A stretch of 64,000 nt of DNA from Betaproteobacteria bacterium (lineage in GTDB: Bacteria > Pseudomonadota > Gammaproteobacteria > Burkholderiales > Rhodocyclaceae): positions 3,347-67,346 of the forward strand of contig JACRAR010000059.1 of the NCBI GenBank assembly GCA_016234745.1, read 5' to 3'. Position numbers and translations under genes: made by a program. The notes beneath the pieces were generated by a model. It ran no database searches. It was not told the origin of the DNA and was given only the letters and a program-made list of their open reading frames with translations. Every line of letters begins with the position of its first letter. Positions within the stretch are counted from its first letter, which is position 1. Below, in pieces: positions 37,915-50,926 of this stretch.

Positions 37915-38195
37915 TCAACGTTGCCGGCGACCGGGTCGAAGTGTCCGGTGCCATGACCCTGACCGAAGCGAGCAAACTGCTGACGGAAGGAAACGCCACT
38001 CTGTCCAGCGCCGAAACTCTCTTCGACCTGAGTGCGGTGACCGCTGTCGATTCGTCATCCATTGCCGTGATTTTCGGCTGGTTGCGCGCAGCGCGCCAGC
38101 AAGGCAAGTCGATTCGTATCGTAGCTCCGCCGCAGGAACTGTTAAGTCTCTCCTCCGTCTACGGCGTGACCGAGCTATTGCCGCTCGCAGCCTGA
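37911..38195 (+). CDS. mlaB: STAS-domain protein MlaB
   Basis: 94-aa STAS-like protein overlapping the mlaC stop. Operon position. Confidence 0.7.
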   Translation: MINVAGDRVEVSGAMTLTEASKLLTEGNATLSSAETLFDLSAVTAVDSSSIAVIFGWLRAARQQGKSIRIVAPPQELLSLSSVYGVTELLPLAA

Positions 38196-38214
38196 CGCGC
38201 CCGGCAGGCGCAAA

Positions 38215-39144
38215 TTGTCGTCGATGATTCCCGCAATCCGAGCTCGGCAGGTGACCAAGCGCTTCGGCTCGGTCGTGGCTCTCGCGGGGGTCGACCTCGA
38301 TGTCGAACAAGGCGAATTCTTCGGTCTGCTCGGTCCCAACGGGGCCGGCAAGACCACCTTGATCTCCGCCCTGGCCGGCCTGGTCCACCTGGACAGCGGG
38401 CAGATTGAAATCACCGGCCACGATGTCGTTCGCGACTATCGCCAGGCCCGCCGCCAGCTCGGGGTGGTGCCGCAGGAACTGGTGTTCGATCCATTCTTCA
38501 GCGTGCGCGAAACGCTCAATTTCCAGTGCGGCTACTTCGGCATCGGCCAGAGCCGGGAACGGGATGCATGGATCGACGAGATTCTCGAGAACCTCGATCT
38601 GACTTCCAAAGCCAACGCCAACATGCGCTCACTTTCCGGCGGCATGAAACGTCGCGTGCTGGTGGCACAGGCGCTGGTCCATCGCCCGCCGGTGATCGTG
38701 CTCGACGAACCCACCGCCGGAGTCGATGTCGAATTGCGCCAGACGCTCTGGCAGTTCATTCGCCGTCTCAATCGCGATGGCCACACCGTCGTACTCACCA
38801 CGCATTATCTCGAGGAAGCGGAGAGTCTCTGTTCGCGCATCGCCATGCTCAAGGCCGGCCGAGTCGTCGCTCTGGATACCACGGCCAGCCTGCTGAAGCG
38901 CTTTTCGGCCCATGCCTTGCGGCTGCGCCTGGCCCCGGGCGCCGAACTGCCTCCGGCTCTGTCACAGCGCGCCGAGATCAAGGATTCCGTCTGTTCGATT
39001 GCTTTCGATCACTTTGCCGAGATCGAGCCTTTACTGGCCGAGCTGCGCAACAGCGGCTGCGGCCTGAATGAACTCGACATCGGCAAGCCCGACCTGGAAG
39101 AAGTATTCGTCCGGGTCATGCATGAACGGGGCGAGACGCGATGA
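38215..39144 (+). CDS. ABC-2 type exporter ATP-binding protein (YadG-like)
   Basis: Walker A GPNGAGKTT, signature LSGGMKRR, Walker B VIVLDEPT. Confidence 0.85.
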   Translation: MSSMIPAIRARQVTKRFGSVVALAGVDLDVEQGEFFGLLGPNGAGKTTLISALAGLVHLDSGQIEITGHDVVRDYRQARRQLGVVPQELVFDPFFSVRETLNFQCGYFGIGQSRERDAWIDEILENLDLTSKANANMRSLSGGMKRRVLVAQALVHRPPVIVLDEPTAGVDVELRQTLWQFIRRLNRDGHTVVLTTHYLEEAESLCSRIAMLKAGRVVALDTTASLLKRFSAHALRLRLAPGAELPPALSQRAEIKDSVCSIAFDHFAEIEPLLAELRNSGCGLNELDIGKPDLEEVFVRVMHERGETR

Positions 39145-39896
39145 CCGGCTTCTCCACCTTGCTCTACAAGGAAGTGCTGCGTTTCTGGAAGGTCGGCTTT
39201 CAAACCGTTGCGGCGCCGGTCATCACGGCCTTGCTGTACCTGCTGATTTTCTCGCATGTCCTCGAAGCGCATGTGAAAGTCTATGAGAACGTGACCTACA
39301 CGGCTTTCCTGATACCGGGGCTGGTGATGATGTCGGTGCTGCAGAATGCTTTCGCCAATTCCTCATCTTCGCTGATTCAGTCCAAGGTCACGGGGAGCAT
39401 CATTTTCGTGCTGTTGCCGCCTATTTCCTATCAGGCGTTCTACCTCGCCTATGTGCTCGCGGCCGTGCTGCGCGGCCTTTCGGTTGGCGTCGGGGTGCTG
39501 CTGGCCACCCTGTGGTTCGCCCCGCTGGATTGCCGCGAACCGCTCTGGATCATCGCTTTTGCCTTCCTCGGCGGCGGCATCCTGGGCAGCCTCGGCATGA
39601 TTGCCGGCATCTGGGCGGACAAGTTCGACCAGCTTGCGGCCTTCCAGAATTTCATCATCATGCCGCTCACCTTTCTTTCCGGCGTGTTCTACTCCATTCA
39701 CTCGCTACCTCCATTCTGGCAGCGGGTCTCGCACTGGAATCCGATTTTTTACATGATCGACGGCTTCCGCTACGGTTTTTTCGGGATTTCCGACGTCTCC
39801 CCATGGATGAGCCTGTGCATTGTCGCGGTCTGCTTCGCGCTGTTGTCCGCCTTGACGCTGGTCATGCTGAAGCGCGGTTATAAATTAAGGGCTTGA
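39141..39896 (+). CDS. ABC-2 type exporter permease (YadH-like)
   Basis: Six-TM ABC-2 permease, ATGA-coupled to the ATPase gene. Confidence 0.85.
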   Translation: MTGFSTLLYKEVLRFWKVGFQTVAAPVITALLYLLIFSHVLEAHVKVYENVTYTAFLIPGLVMMSVLQNAFANSSSSLIQSKVTGSIIFVLLPPISYQAFYLAYVLAAVLRGLSVGVGVLLATLWFAPLDCREPLWIIAFAFLGGGILGSLGMIAGIWADKFDQLAAFQNFIIMPLTFLSGVFYSIHSLPPFWQRVSHWNPIFYMIDGFRYGFFGISDVSPWMSLCIVAVCFALLSALTLVMLKRGYKLRA

Positions 39897-39908
39897 GGAA
39901 AATACATC

Positions 39909-41403
<1,495 letters not shown>

Positions 41404-41443
41404 CTGCTGCGCTAGAATTCTGTTTTAACCTACGGATCATCCC

Positions 41444-42103
41444 TTGAACGGCATAACCATAGCCCTGTCGAAGGGCCGCATCTTCGAGGAAACCCTGCCC
41501 CTGCTCGCAGCGGCGGGCATCGTGCCGAGCGAAAACCCGGAGACCTCGCGCAAGCTCATCATCGCCACCAACCGCAACGAGGTGCGCGTCGTGATCGTGC
41601 GCGCTTCCGACGTGCCGACCTATGTCCAGTACGGCGCCGCCGATCTCGGCATCGCCGGCAAGGATGTGCTGCTCGAACATGGCGGCATGGGCCTGTATCA
41701 GCCACTCGATTTGAAGATCGCCAAATGCCGCATGTGCGTGGCGGTTCCGGCGGGCTTTGATTATGCAGCGGCAGTCCGCACCGGGGCGCGCTTGCGCGTT
41801 GCGACCAAGTACATCAACACGGCACGCGAGCACTTCGCCACCAAGAGCGTGCATGTCGATCTGATCAAGCTGTATGGCTCGATGGAACTGGCGCCGCTGG
41901 TCGGCCTGGCCGATGCCATCGTCGATCTGGTGTCGAGCGGCAGTACGCTCAAGGCCAACAATCTGGTTGCGGTCGAGGACATCATGCCGATTTCCTCGCG
42001 CCTGGTCGTGAATCAGGCGGCGCTCAAAATGAAGCGCGAGATGCTGCAGCCGCTGATCGATGCCTTTGCGGAAGCAACCAACGCTGCGGGAGCGGTCCGA
42101 TGA
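41444..42103 (+). CDS. hisG: ATP phosphoribosyltransferase, short form
   Basis: 219-aa HisG ([15 protein letters not shown]...[12 protein letters not shown]). Confidence 0.95.
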   Translation: MNGITIALSKGRIFEETLPLLAAAGIVPSENPETSRKLIIATNRNEVRVVIVRASDVPTYVQYGAADLGIAGKDVLLEHGGMGLYQPLDLKIAKCRMCVAVPAGFDYAAAVRTGARLRVATKYINTAREHFATKSVHVDLIKLYGSMELAPLVGLADAIVDLVSSGSTLKANNLVAVEDIMPISSRLVVNQAALKMKREMLQPLIDAFAEATNAAGAVR

Positions 42104-43413
42104 CCTGGATCAAGCTGCGCCGCTGGGCCACGCGCGAGGAAGGATTCCTCGCCCGGCTCGATGCGCTGCTGGCCTTCGAAAGCGCCACCGACGCAGGCAT
42201 CGAATCCGCCGTCGCTGAAATTCTTGCCAGCGTGCGCAGCCAGGGCGACATCGCGGTGATCGATTACACGCGGCGTTTCGATCATTTGCGCGTTGATGCC
42301 ATGGCTGAACTGGAATTGGCCCCGGCAGAACTGCGCGCCGCCTATGAACATTTACCGCAAGAACAGCGCCTCGCCCTGGAACAGGCGGCCGAGCGCATCC
42401 GCAGCTATCATCAGCGGCAGTTGGCGGAATCCTGGGAATACACGGAAGCCGACGGCACCCGGCTCGGTCAGAAAATCACCGCGCTCGATCGCGTCGGACT
42501 GTATGTGCCGGGCGGCAAGGCCGCCTATCCGTCTTCAGTGCTGATGAACGCGCTGCCGGCCAAGGTCGCCGGAGTCAGGGAAATGATCATGGTGGTGCCC
42601 ACGCCGAACGGTGAGCGGAACCTCCTCGTACTCGCCGCCGCTCACCTGGCCGGCGTCGATCGGGTATTCAGCATCGGCGGTGCGCAGGCGATCGCAGCGC
42701 TGGCCTACGGCACCCAGACCATACCGCAGGTGGACAAGATCGTCGGCCCCGGCAATGCCTATGTCGCCGCCGCCAAGCGCCGTGTCTTCGGCGTGGTCGG
42801 CATCGACATGGTCGCCGGCCCTTCGGAGGTGCTGGTGATCGCCGACGCCAGCGCCAATCCGGACTGGGTGGCGATGGACCTGTTCGCCCAGGCCGAGCAC
42901 GACGAGCTGGCGCAGTCGATCCTGCTCTGCCCGGATGCCGCATTCATCGACAAGGTCGAAACCAGCATCGCCAAACTGTTGCCGACCATGCCGCGGGAAA
43001 AAGTGATTGCCGCCTCTCTCACCGGCCGCGGCGCCCTGATCGAAGTCGCCAGCCTGGATGAAGCCTGCACTCTGGCCAACCGCATCGCGCCGGAACACCT
43101 GGAACTGGCGGTGGCCGAACCGCGCCTGCTGCTGGACAGGATTCGCCATGCTGGCGCCATCTTCCTCGGGCACCATGCCAGCGAGTCGCTCGGCGACTAT
43201 TGCGCCGGCCCCAACCACGTGCTGCCCACCTCGCGCAGCGCACGCTTTTCCAGCCCGCTGGGGGTGTACGATTTCCAGAAGCGCAGCAGCCTGATCGAAG
43301 TCTCCGCGGCGGGCGCCCAGACGCTCGGTCCGATCGCCGTGACGCTGGCGCTGGGCGAGGGGCTCAACGCTCATGCGCAAGCGGCGAAGTTTCGCTTAAA
43401 GAACCCGAAATGA
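42100..43413 (+). CDS. hisD: Histidinol dehydrogenase
   Basis: 437-aa HisD ([26 protein letters not shown]). Confidence 0.95.
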   Translation: MTWIKLRRWATREEGFLARLDALLAFESATDAGIESAVAEILASVRSQGDIAVIDYTRRFDHLRVDAMAELELAPAELRAAYEHLPQEQRLALEQAAERIRSYHQRQLAESWEYTEADGTRLGQKITALDRVGLYVPGGKAAYPSSVLMNALPAKVAGVREMIMVVPTPNGERNLLVLAAAHLAGVDRVFSIGGAQAIAALAYGTQTIPQVDKIVGPGNAYVAAAKRRVFGVVGIDMVAGPSEVLVIADASANPDWVAMDLFAQAEHDELAQSILLCPDAAFIDKVETSIAKLLPTMPREKVIAASLTGRGALIEVASLDEACTLANRIAPEHLELAVAEPRLLLDRIRHAGAIFLGHHASESLGDYCAGPNHVLPTSRSARFSSPLGVYDFQKRSSLIEVSAAGAQTLGPIAVTLALGEGLNAHAQAAKFRLKNPK

Positions 43414-44162
43414 CCGAACTCCTGCTCAACCCCGAACTCTGGATCGCCTTCTTCACGCTGACGGCGCTGGAACTCATTCTCGGCATCGACAACATCATCT
43501 TCATCGCCATCCTGGTCGACAAACTGCCGCGCGCCAAGCGCGAGATCGCCCGGCGGCTCGGCCTGTTCCTGGCGATGTTCATGCGCATCGGATTGCTGCT
43601 GCTGCTGTCCTGGATCGTCGGCCTCACCGAACCGGTATTCACGCTGCTGGGACACGGCGTCTCCGGGCGCGACCTGATCCTGATCGGCGGCGGCCTGTTC
43701 CTGATCTGGAAAAGCACGGGCGAAGTGCATCAACTGCTCGAAGGCGAAGAAGGCGAGGCTTCGCGCCAGGTGGCGTCGAACTTTGCCGGCGTCATCCTGC
43801 AGATCATGGTGATCGACATCGTCTTCTCGCTCGATTCGATCATCACCGCCGTCGGCATGGTCAGCGAAGTGGCGGTGATGATCGCCGCGGTGGTCGCTTC
43901 GGTGGGGCTGATGATGCTGTTTGCCGGCGGCATCGGCCGCTTCGTCTCCGACCACCCGACCATCAAGATGCTGGCGCTGTCCTTCCTCGTGGTCATCGGT
44001 GTGGTGCTGATTGCCGATGGTTTCGGCCATCATGTGCCGAAAGGCTACATCTACTTCGCCATGGCTTTTTCGGTCGGCGTCGAAATGCTCAACATCCGCA
44101 TGCGCAAGAAGCACATGAAACCTGTCGAACTGCGCGAGCCGTATACCCGCGAAAAAAGCTGA
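43410..44162 (+). CDS. TerC family integral membrane protein
   Basis: Multi-TM protein with the TerC pattern ([16 protein letters not shown]...[12 protein letters not shown]). ATG 43410 overlaps the hisD stop (ATGA). Confidence 0.85.
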   Translation: MTELLLNPELWIAFFTLTALELILGIDNIIFIAILVDKLPRAKREIARRLGLFLAMFMRIGLLLLLSWIVGLTEPVFTLLGHGVSGRDLILIGGGLFLIWKSTGEVHQLLEGEEGEASRQVASNFAGVILQIMVIDIVFSLDSIITAVGMVSEVAVMIAAVVASVGLMMLFAGGIGRFVSDHPTIKMLALSFLVVIGVVLIADGFGHHVPKGYIYFAMAFSVGVEMLNIRMRKKHMKPVELREPYTREKS

Positions 44163-44473
44163 TCGGTAGTCTTGCCGTGTGCGGCCCCAAGGTGGAACCG
44201 CCGCCTCATGCGCTCCCGCCCTGCGGGTTCCCTTGCGACGAAACGCTCGCCGGCCGAGTCTGCAAACTCTTCCGCCTCTCCGGCCAGTGGTGAGGCAGAA
44301 AAATCACGCGGCTGACCACAGGTAAAGAGCAGATAACCGCCGCTTTTTGTCCATGGCCACTTGTGGTTTTCTTCAAAATGATGGCTGCCCATCGCCAAGA
44401 ATCTGAAGCGCGTAGATTATAGTGACCAGACTCCTACTTAATCCGGCGATACGATTTCTTCACAAAGCAGCAA

Positions 44474-45622
44474 ATGCCAAACTATCAGAAGGTTGAAAGT
44501 ACCGACATTGAAATCGGCGCGCCGCTTCAGAAAGCGCTCTACGACAAGAATGGCATCCTGCTGATCAAGGCGGGAGGGATAATCGCCTCCGAGAGTCATC
44601 TGAGCATTCTTTTTGAGAAGGAAATTTTCTGCGAGGGTAGCGAAGACGCGAACACCTGGATTTCGCCACCGACTGACCAAATTACCGAAGCTACCAACAC
44701 CTTTTCAGCACTCGATAACGCGAAAATCAAATTGAACCGGGCCTTCGATCTTTTCCGGAGAGGGAAGGCCAAGGAGGAATTCCTGCCCCGTATCAAGGAG
44801 ATCGCCCTTTCCCTTCAGCAGGCATGCCTGCACGACAAGGACGCAGCCATCGCCAACCTGCATCTGGATTACGATACCCCCTACGCAGTCGTCCATCACC
44901 TCCAGGCGGCAATTCTGTGCGAAATTGTGGGGAAGCGACTCGGCGTCAAAGAGGAAGCCAGACTGAAGTTGGTGCAGGCGGCTCTGACGCACGACATCGA
45001 TCTGCTCGACATCCAGCATCTCCTCGATCGGTACACCTTGCCCTTGCCGAACCAGTACGCGGAGAGAATCCGCAATCATCCTAAGGCAAGCGCCAAGGCA
45101 CTGCAAGAGTTGGGCGTAACCGACAAGAACTGGCTCGATGCCGTCGAACATCATCATGAACGTCTGGATGGGTCTGGCTATAGCGACTCGCTCGCCGGTG
45201 ATTCAATCAGAATTCCCACTCGAATCCTGGCGATAGCCGACATCTACAGCGCCATGATTCGGGACCGCCCCAACCGGAAGGCCATCCTCACCAAGGAGGC
45301 GCTTCGCAAACTAATGATGGACCATGGCGGCAAGAATGATGCGCGCCTGACCCAGATACTCATCAAGGAAATTGGTGTGTTCCCGTCAGGGGTCATTGTT
45401 CAATTGGCCGACAAAGAGATCGCGGTGGTCAAACATCGGGAGGAGAATGGCGTCTTCCCGATTGTCTATGCTTTCATCGACCCGTCAGGCAATCCCATGC
45501 TCACGCCGGAAAGACGTGACACAGCAAAGCCGGAGAACAAGATCAAGAGCATTCTGCCGTTCGCAGATTACCGGGGCAGCATTGCCATTATTCGTAACCT
45601 CTGGATCAATCCACCTGCCTAA
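44474..45622 (+). CDS. HD-GYP domain protein (putative c-di-GMP phosphodiesterase)
   Basis: HD motif (LTHDIDLL) and HHERLDGSGYSD (HD-GYP signature). Confidence 0.8.
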   Translation: MPNYQKVESTDIEIGAPLQKALYDKNGILLIKAGGIIASESHLSILFEKEIFCEGSEDANTWISPPTDQITEATNTFSALDNAKIKLNRAFDLFRRGKAKEEFLPRIKEIALSLQQACLHDKDAAIANLHLDYDTPYAVVHHLQAAILCEIVGKRLGVKEEARLKLVQAALTHDIDLLDIQHLLDRYTLPLPNQYAERIRNHPKASAKALQELGVTDKNWLDAVEHHHERLDGSGYSDSLAGDSIRIPTRILAIADIYSAMIRDRPNRKAILTKEALRKLMMDHGGKNDARLTQILIKEIGVFPSGVIVQLADKEIAVVKHREENGVFPIVYAFIDPSGNPMLTPERRDTAKPENKIKSILPFADYRGSIAIIRNLWINPPA

Positions 45623-45631
45623 GGAATCGCT

Positions 45632-46036
45632 ATGCCCATGTTCAACTGGGAAACCAAATATGCGATCGGCCATGCTGAGGTCGACAGCCAGCATCAGGAC
45701 TTGATTGCGGTCATGAACCACCTGTACGAACTGCTGACCTCGGCGCCCCGGGACGTGAATAGCCAGGCTGAGCGCATTATTAATGAACTCGCGCTCCACG
45801 TATCGACCCATTTTGCTTATGAGGAAGACCTTATGGTCCGGATCGGCTATCCCACCGAAAAGATTGCCCAGCATGCCGCCATTCACAACGACATGCTTGC
45901 CAAGGTCCAGTCCATAGTCGCAGCTCATCGCAGCGGAGATGCCAGAGCGTTGGAAGATCTTCTGCCTCTGCTTTATGGCGAGTGGCTCATCGATCACATC
46001 TGCGAAAAAGACATGGACTTTAGCGGCTACCTTTGA
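45632..46036 (+). CDS. Bacteriohemerythrin
   Basis: W...Y..G...vD.QH start and His/Glu iron ligands spaced as in hemerythrins (HF.YEE...H...H....W...HI...D). Confidence 0.8.
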   Translation: MPMFNWETKYAIGHAEVDSQHQDLIAVMNHLYELLTSAPRDVNSQAERIINELALHVSTHFAYEEDLMVRIGYPTEKIAQHAAIHNDMLAKVQSIVAAHRSGDARALEDLLPLLYGEWLIDHICEKDMDFSGYL

Positions 46037-46216
46037 GGAAGAATGGATGCAAAGGGTGAATCTACGGCCGGTCGGTTGAATCGTTCATCAGAGGGGAATC
46101 GAAACTTGATCGACTGACTCAGTATCAAGAGCTTTGCATAAGCAGTAGCCCGTTTAACAAAACAACAAACGCCAATATTCATCCACCAACAAAATTGAGA
46201 TAAGGGGGGAGTAGTT

Positions 46217-46630
46217 ATGGAGTGGAAACCTGAACATTCAGTAGGCATCCGGGAAATCGATGACCAGCATAAGAAAGTGATAGAGATCATTGCAAGGATT
46301 GAGCGGTCCATCAACAACCAGCGTGGATGGCGGGAAATTGTTTACGATGTTGTTGATCTCAGAGTTTTCGGAAGAAATCATTTCGAGTTTGAAGAGGGAC
46401 TAATGCGAATGTATGGCTTTCAAGAATACGAAAAGCATGCCCAGGAACATCAGTATTTTTTTACAAGGCTGGCAGAAATTGAAAGCAAATCCACTTACGG
46501 TTTAGCCGAAAGCGAACTACTCAAGTTCCTGCGTGACTGGCTGAAGAATCATATTCTTCAGGAAGACAAGGACTATGCGGACCATATCCTGTCTGGTGCT
46601 TCAGTCATAAGGTCGAATGTGACGAAGTGA
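46217..46630 (+). CDS. Bacteriohemerythrin (second copy)
   Basis: MEWKPEHSVGIREIDDQHKK...HFEFEE...HAQEHQ...WLKNHILQEDKDY. A strong AAGGGGGGAG Shine-Dalgarno lies upstream. Confidence 0.8.
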   Translation: MEWKPEHSVGIREIDDQHKKVIEIIARIERSINNQRGWREIVYDVVDLRVFGRNHFEFEEGLMRMYGFQEYEKHAQEHQYFFTRLAEIESKSTYGLAESELLKFLRDWLKNHILQEDKDYADHILSGASVIRSNVTK

Positions 46631-46768
46631 CTGTTGTGAAATCAGAAAGCTGAATTTTCTGCTGTTCTGTTTGCAACCATGCTGCGCACGCTGGGGCGAC
46701 GTGGCGTCGGCCGGGGATATCCGGGCCTGCTGTTTGAGCGTAGGAGCCCGCAGGGCGGAAGCACATCA

Positions 46769-46800
46769 AGCGTCGGCACGGCCTGTTGCAGGCCGACGCT
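46769..46800 (-). terminator. GC-rich hairpin downstream of hisC, between convergent genes
   Basis: 9-bp stem agcgtcggc / gccgacgct with a 14-nt loop, starting 18 nt past the hisC stop. The U-tract is weak. Confidence 0.4.
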
Positions 46801-46818
46801 CATTAAGTACGGTAGTCT

Positions 46819-47901
46819 TTAGCCGAGGATCGCTCGCAGCGCATCAACCAGCAGCTGACACTGTTCCTCAGTGCCGATGCTGATGCGCAAAAACTGTTCG
46901 ATGCGCGGCTGCCTGAAATGGCGCACGATGATGCTGCGCTCGCGCAGTGCCATCGCCAGCCCGGCCGCATCGTGACCCGGCTGGCGTGTGAAAATGAAGT
47001 TGGCCGCCGACGGCAGCACCTCGAAGCCAAGATCCCGCAGTTGCCCGACCAGTGTCTCACGGCTGGCGATGACGGCCTGCCGCGTCTGTTCGAAATAGGT
47101 GCAATCCTCGCAGGCGGCCACCGCTCCGGCAATTGCCAGACGGTCGAGCGGATAGGAGTTGAAGCTGTTTTTTACGCGCTCGAGCGCTTCGATGAGGTGG
47201 CTTTGGCCAAACGCAAAACCGACCCGCAGACCGGCCAGCGCGTGGGACTTGGACAGGGTCTGCACTACCAGCAGGTTGGGGTATTTCCGGATCAGGGAGA
47301 CGGCCGAAGCCAGTTCTTCGTTAAAGGCGATGTAAGCCTCGTCGATGACCACCACGGATTCGGTATTGGCGACGAGCAGGCGCTCGATCTCCGCCAGAGC
47401 AACAAGACAGCCGGTGGGTGCATTCGGGTTGGGAAAAATGATGCCGCCGTTGGGCCGCAGATAATCGTCGATGCGAATCTCGAAATCCGTGCCAAGCGAT
47501 ACGGCGATATGTTCGATGCCATACAGCTTGCAATAGGATGGATAGAAGCTGTAGGTGATGTCCGGGAACAACAGCGGTTGCGCATGCTTGAGCAAGGCCT
47601 GGAAAACATGGGCGAGCACTTCATCGGAACCGTTGCCGACGAACACCTGCTGCGCGTCTATGCCCTGAAATTTGGCTGCCGCCTGCTTCAGGCGATCGGC
47701 ATTCGGGTCGGGATACAGGCGCAAAGTTCCGCCATCTTCGCCGATTTCGCCACGCAGGGCCTGCAGCACCCGCGGCGAGGGCGCGTAAGGATTCTCGTTG
47801 GTATTGAGCTTGACGAGGTTGGCGAGCTTGGGCTGTTCGCCAGGCACGTAGGGAGAGAGATCGACAACGACATCGCTCCAGAATTTGCGCTTTGAGTTCA
47901 T
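46819..47901 (-). CDS. hisC: Histidinol-phosphate aminotransferase
   Basis: 360-aa HisC ([12 protein letters not shown]; PLP-Lys context [14 protein letters not shown]). It sits on the strand opposite to the rest of the his genes. Confidence 0.9.
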   Translation of the reverse strand: MNSKRKFWSDVVVDLSPYVPGEQPKLANLVKLNTNENPYAPSPRVLQALRGEIGEDGGTLRLYPDPNADRLKQAAAKFQGIDAQQVFVGNGSDEVLAHVFQALLKHAQPLLFPDITYSFYPSYCKLYGIEHIAVSLGTDFEIRIDDYLRPNGGIIFPNPNAPTGCLVALAEIERLLVANTESVVVIDEAYIAFNEELASAVSLIRKYPNLLVVQTLSKSHALAGLRVGFAFGQSHLIEALERVKNSFNSYPLDRLAIAGAVAACEDCTYFEQTRQAVIASRETLVGQLRDLGFEVLPSAANFIFTRQPGHDAAGLAMALRERSIIVRHFRQPRIEQFLRISIGTEEQCQLLVDALRAILG

Positions 47902-48055
47902 TGCGGTATTGCGACACTCAGTAAAACATCACCAAACCGGATGGTAACAAGCGGCGCCTGCCTGTGGTAAAAAAACCAAGCTAGTTGTTTTCCCCATTGT
48001 CTTTTCATGTAACTTTGCGTAACGTTGCGATTTTCGCCCACTTCAAGACCAGACC

Positions 48056-48643
48056 ATGCGGCAAGGGGAAATCACACGCAAGACACTCGAGACCCAGATT
48101 TCCGTTCGTCTTGATCTCGACGGCTCGGGCCGTTCCCAACTGGCTACCGGCATCGGCTTCCTCGATCACATGCTCGACCAGATCGCCCGCCATGGCATGC
48201 TCGATCTTGAAATCAAGGCTAGCGGCGATCTGCACATCGATGCCCACCATACGGTCGAAGACATCGGCATCACTCTCGGCCAGGCGCTCGCCCAGGCCGT
48301 CGGCGACAAGCAGGGGCTGCGCCGCTATGGGCATGCCTATGTGCCGCTGGACGAAGCCTTGTCGCGCGCCGTGGTCGATCTGTCGGGACGACCCGGCCTG
48401 GTGTTCGAGGTCGATTTTGCCCGAGCGCTGATCGGCGAGTTCGATGTCGACCTGATCCACGAGTTCTTCCAGGGCCTTACCAATCACGCCGCGATCAGCC
48501 TGCACATGGACAATCTGCGCGGCGACAATGCCCACCATCAAGCCGAAACCCTGTTCAAGGCGTTTGGCCGGGCGCTACGCATGGCCGTCGAGCACGATCC
48601 GCGCGCCGCCGGCACGGTACCTTCCACCAAGGGCAGCCTTTGA
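48056..48643 (+). CDS. hisB: Imidazoleglycerol-phosphate dehydratase
   Basis: 195-aa IGPD ([32 protein letters not shown]). Confidence 0.95.
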   Translation: MRQGEITRKTLETQISVRLDLDGSGRSQLATGIGFLDHMLDQIARHGMLDLEIKASGDLHIDAHHTVEDIGITLGQALAQAVGDKQGLRRYGHAYVPLDEALSRAVVDLSGRPGLVFEVDFARALIGEFDVDLIHEFFQGLTNHAAISLHMDNLRGDNAHHQAETLFKAFGRALRMAVEHDPRAAGTVPSTKGSL

Positions 48644-48665
48644 CACTTTCGCCTCGGATACGTCC

Positions 48666-49316
48666 ATGAGTTGCACTGTGGCAGTTGTGGATTACGGCAT
48701 GGGCAACCTGCGCTCGGTCGCCAAGGCGATCGAGCATGTTGCGCCCAAGGATCGCGTGCTGATCACTTCGAACGCGGCCGAGATTGCCGGCGCCGATCGC
48801 GTTGTCGTTCCCGGGCAGGGCGCCATGCCCGACTGCATGCGCGAGTTGGAAATGCGCGGATTGCGCGATGTCGTGGTGCGGGCCGCGCAGAAACAGCCTT
48901 TCCTCGGAATTTGCGTCGGCTTGCAAATGCTGTTCGGCCATGCCGAGGAAGGCGGCGTCATGGGACTGGACATTTTGCCCGGACGGGTGCCGCGCTTCCC
49001 GCGCAATATCACCGCGAAACCAGGTGGCGACCGCCTGAAGGTGCCGCACATGGGCTGGAACCAGGTCAATCAAACGCAAGATTCCAATCCTCATGCGCTT
49101 TGGCACGGCATTCGCGACACGGCGCGCTTCTATTTCGTGCATAGCTATTTCGTCGAACCCGCACAACCCAGCCTGATCGCCGGCACGACCGATTACGGCA
49201 TCCCCTTTACCAGTGCGGTGGCTCGCGATAATATCTTCGCTGTGCAATTTCACCCGGAAAAAAGCGCGCGCGACGGCCTGGCACTGCTGGCCAATTTCAT
49301 GAGTTGGAATCCCTGA
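48666..49316 (+). CDS. hisH: Imidazole glycerol phosphate synthase, glutaminase subunit
   Basis: VAVVDYGMGNLRSV, catalytic GICVGLQ, FHPEKS. ATG 48666 lies within the longer track ORF. Confidence 0.95.
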   Translation: MSCTVAVVDYGMGNLRSVAKAIEHVAPKDRVLITSNAAEIAGADRVVVPGQGAMPDCMRELEMRGLRDVVVRAAQKQPFLGICVGLQMLFGHAEEGGVMGLDILPGRVPRFPRNITAKPGGDRLKVPHMGWNQVNQTQDSNPHALWHGIRDTARFYFVHSYFVEPAQPSLIAGTTDYGIPFTSAVARDNIFAVQFHPEKSARDGLALLANFMSWNP

Positions 49317-49320
49317 CCCG

Positions 49321-49410
49321 ATCATTCTCACCTCCCTTATTTTCGCCTCCCTTACTTCGCATTCCCTCATCACGCATCCCCTCATCACGCATCCCCTCAT
49401 CTCGCCTCCA
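49321..49410. repeat. Six tandem copies of a pyrimidine-rich 15-bp unit (consensus ctcatcacgcatccc) between hisH and hisA
   Basis: Units at 49321, 49336, 49351, 49366, 49381 and 49396. The units at 49366-49380 and 49381-49395 are identical. Confidence 0.85.
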
Positions 49411-49421
49411 TTCACTCCGCT

Positions 49422-50167
49422 ATGTTGCTGATACCCGCAATCGACCTCAAGGATGGACATTGTGTCCGCCTCAAACAGGGCGCCATGGAAGATGCCACGG
49501 TGTTCTCCGAAGACCCCGCGGCGATGGCCCGCCACTGGATTGCACAGGGTGCGCGCCGGCTGCATCTGGTCGACCTGAACGGCGCCTTCGCCGGCAAGCC
49601 GAAGAACGAACCGGCGATCAAGGCGATTCTGAAGGAAGTCGGTACGGAAATTCCCGTGCAGCTCGGCGGTGGCATTCGCGATCTCGACACCATCGAGCGC
49701 TGCCTGGACGATGGACTCACCTATGTCATCATCGGCACCGCCGCAGTCAAGAATCCTGGCTTCCTGCACGATGCCTGCAGCGCGTTTCCCGGCCATATCA
49801 TCGTCGGACTGGATGCCAAGGACGGCAAAGTCGCGGTGGACGGCTGGTCGAAAATGACCGGGCACGATGTCATCGACCTGTCCAAAAAGTTTGAGGATTA
49901 CGGCGTGGAAGCGGTGATCTACACAGACATCGGGCGCGATGGCATGCTCTCCGGCATCAATATCGAAGCCACCGTCAAGCTGGCCCAGGCGCTGCATATT
50001 CCCGTCATCGCCAGCGGCGGCATCGCCAATATCAAGGACATCAAGGCGCTTTGCGCGGTCCAGGACGAAGGCATCAGCGGCGCGATCACAGGTCGCGCCA
50101 TCTACGAGGGCAAGCTCGACTTCAAGAAAGCCCAGGCCGAAGCCGACAAGCTTTCCGAACATCACTA

Positions 50168-50168
<1 letters not shown>
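49422..50168 (+). CDS. hisA: ProFAR isomerase
   Basis: [16 protein letters not shown], and GGGIR and ASGG motifs. Confidence 0.95.

Positions 50169-50922
<754 letters not shown>

Positions 50923-50926
<4 letters not shown>

Noticed and set aside
42535-43380. 281-aa minus-strand ORF
   Set aside because: It is antisense to hisD.
44051-44398. 115-aa minus-strand ORF overlapping the 3' end of terC
   Set aside because: It overlaps a well-supported gene and has no Shine-Dalgarno or motif. The non-overlapping part may be a degraded remnant, but this cannot be supported.
48555-50165. 536-aa minus-strand ORF spanning hisH, the 15-bp repeats and hisA
   Set aside because: It is antisense to three unambiguous his-region features. 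The product is Arg/Gly/Ala-rich with no motifs. Long antisense ORFs are expected in high-GC DNA.
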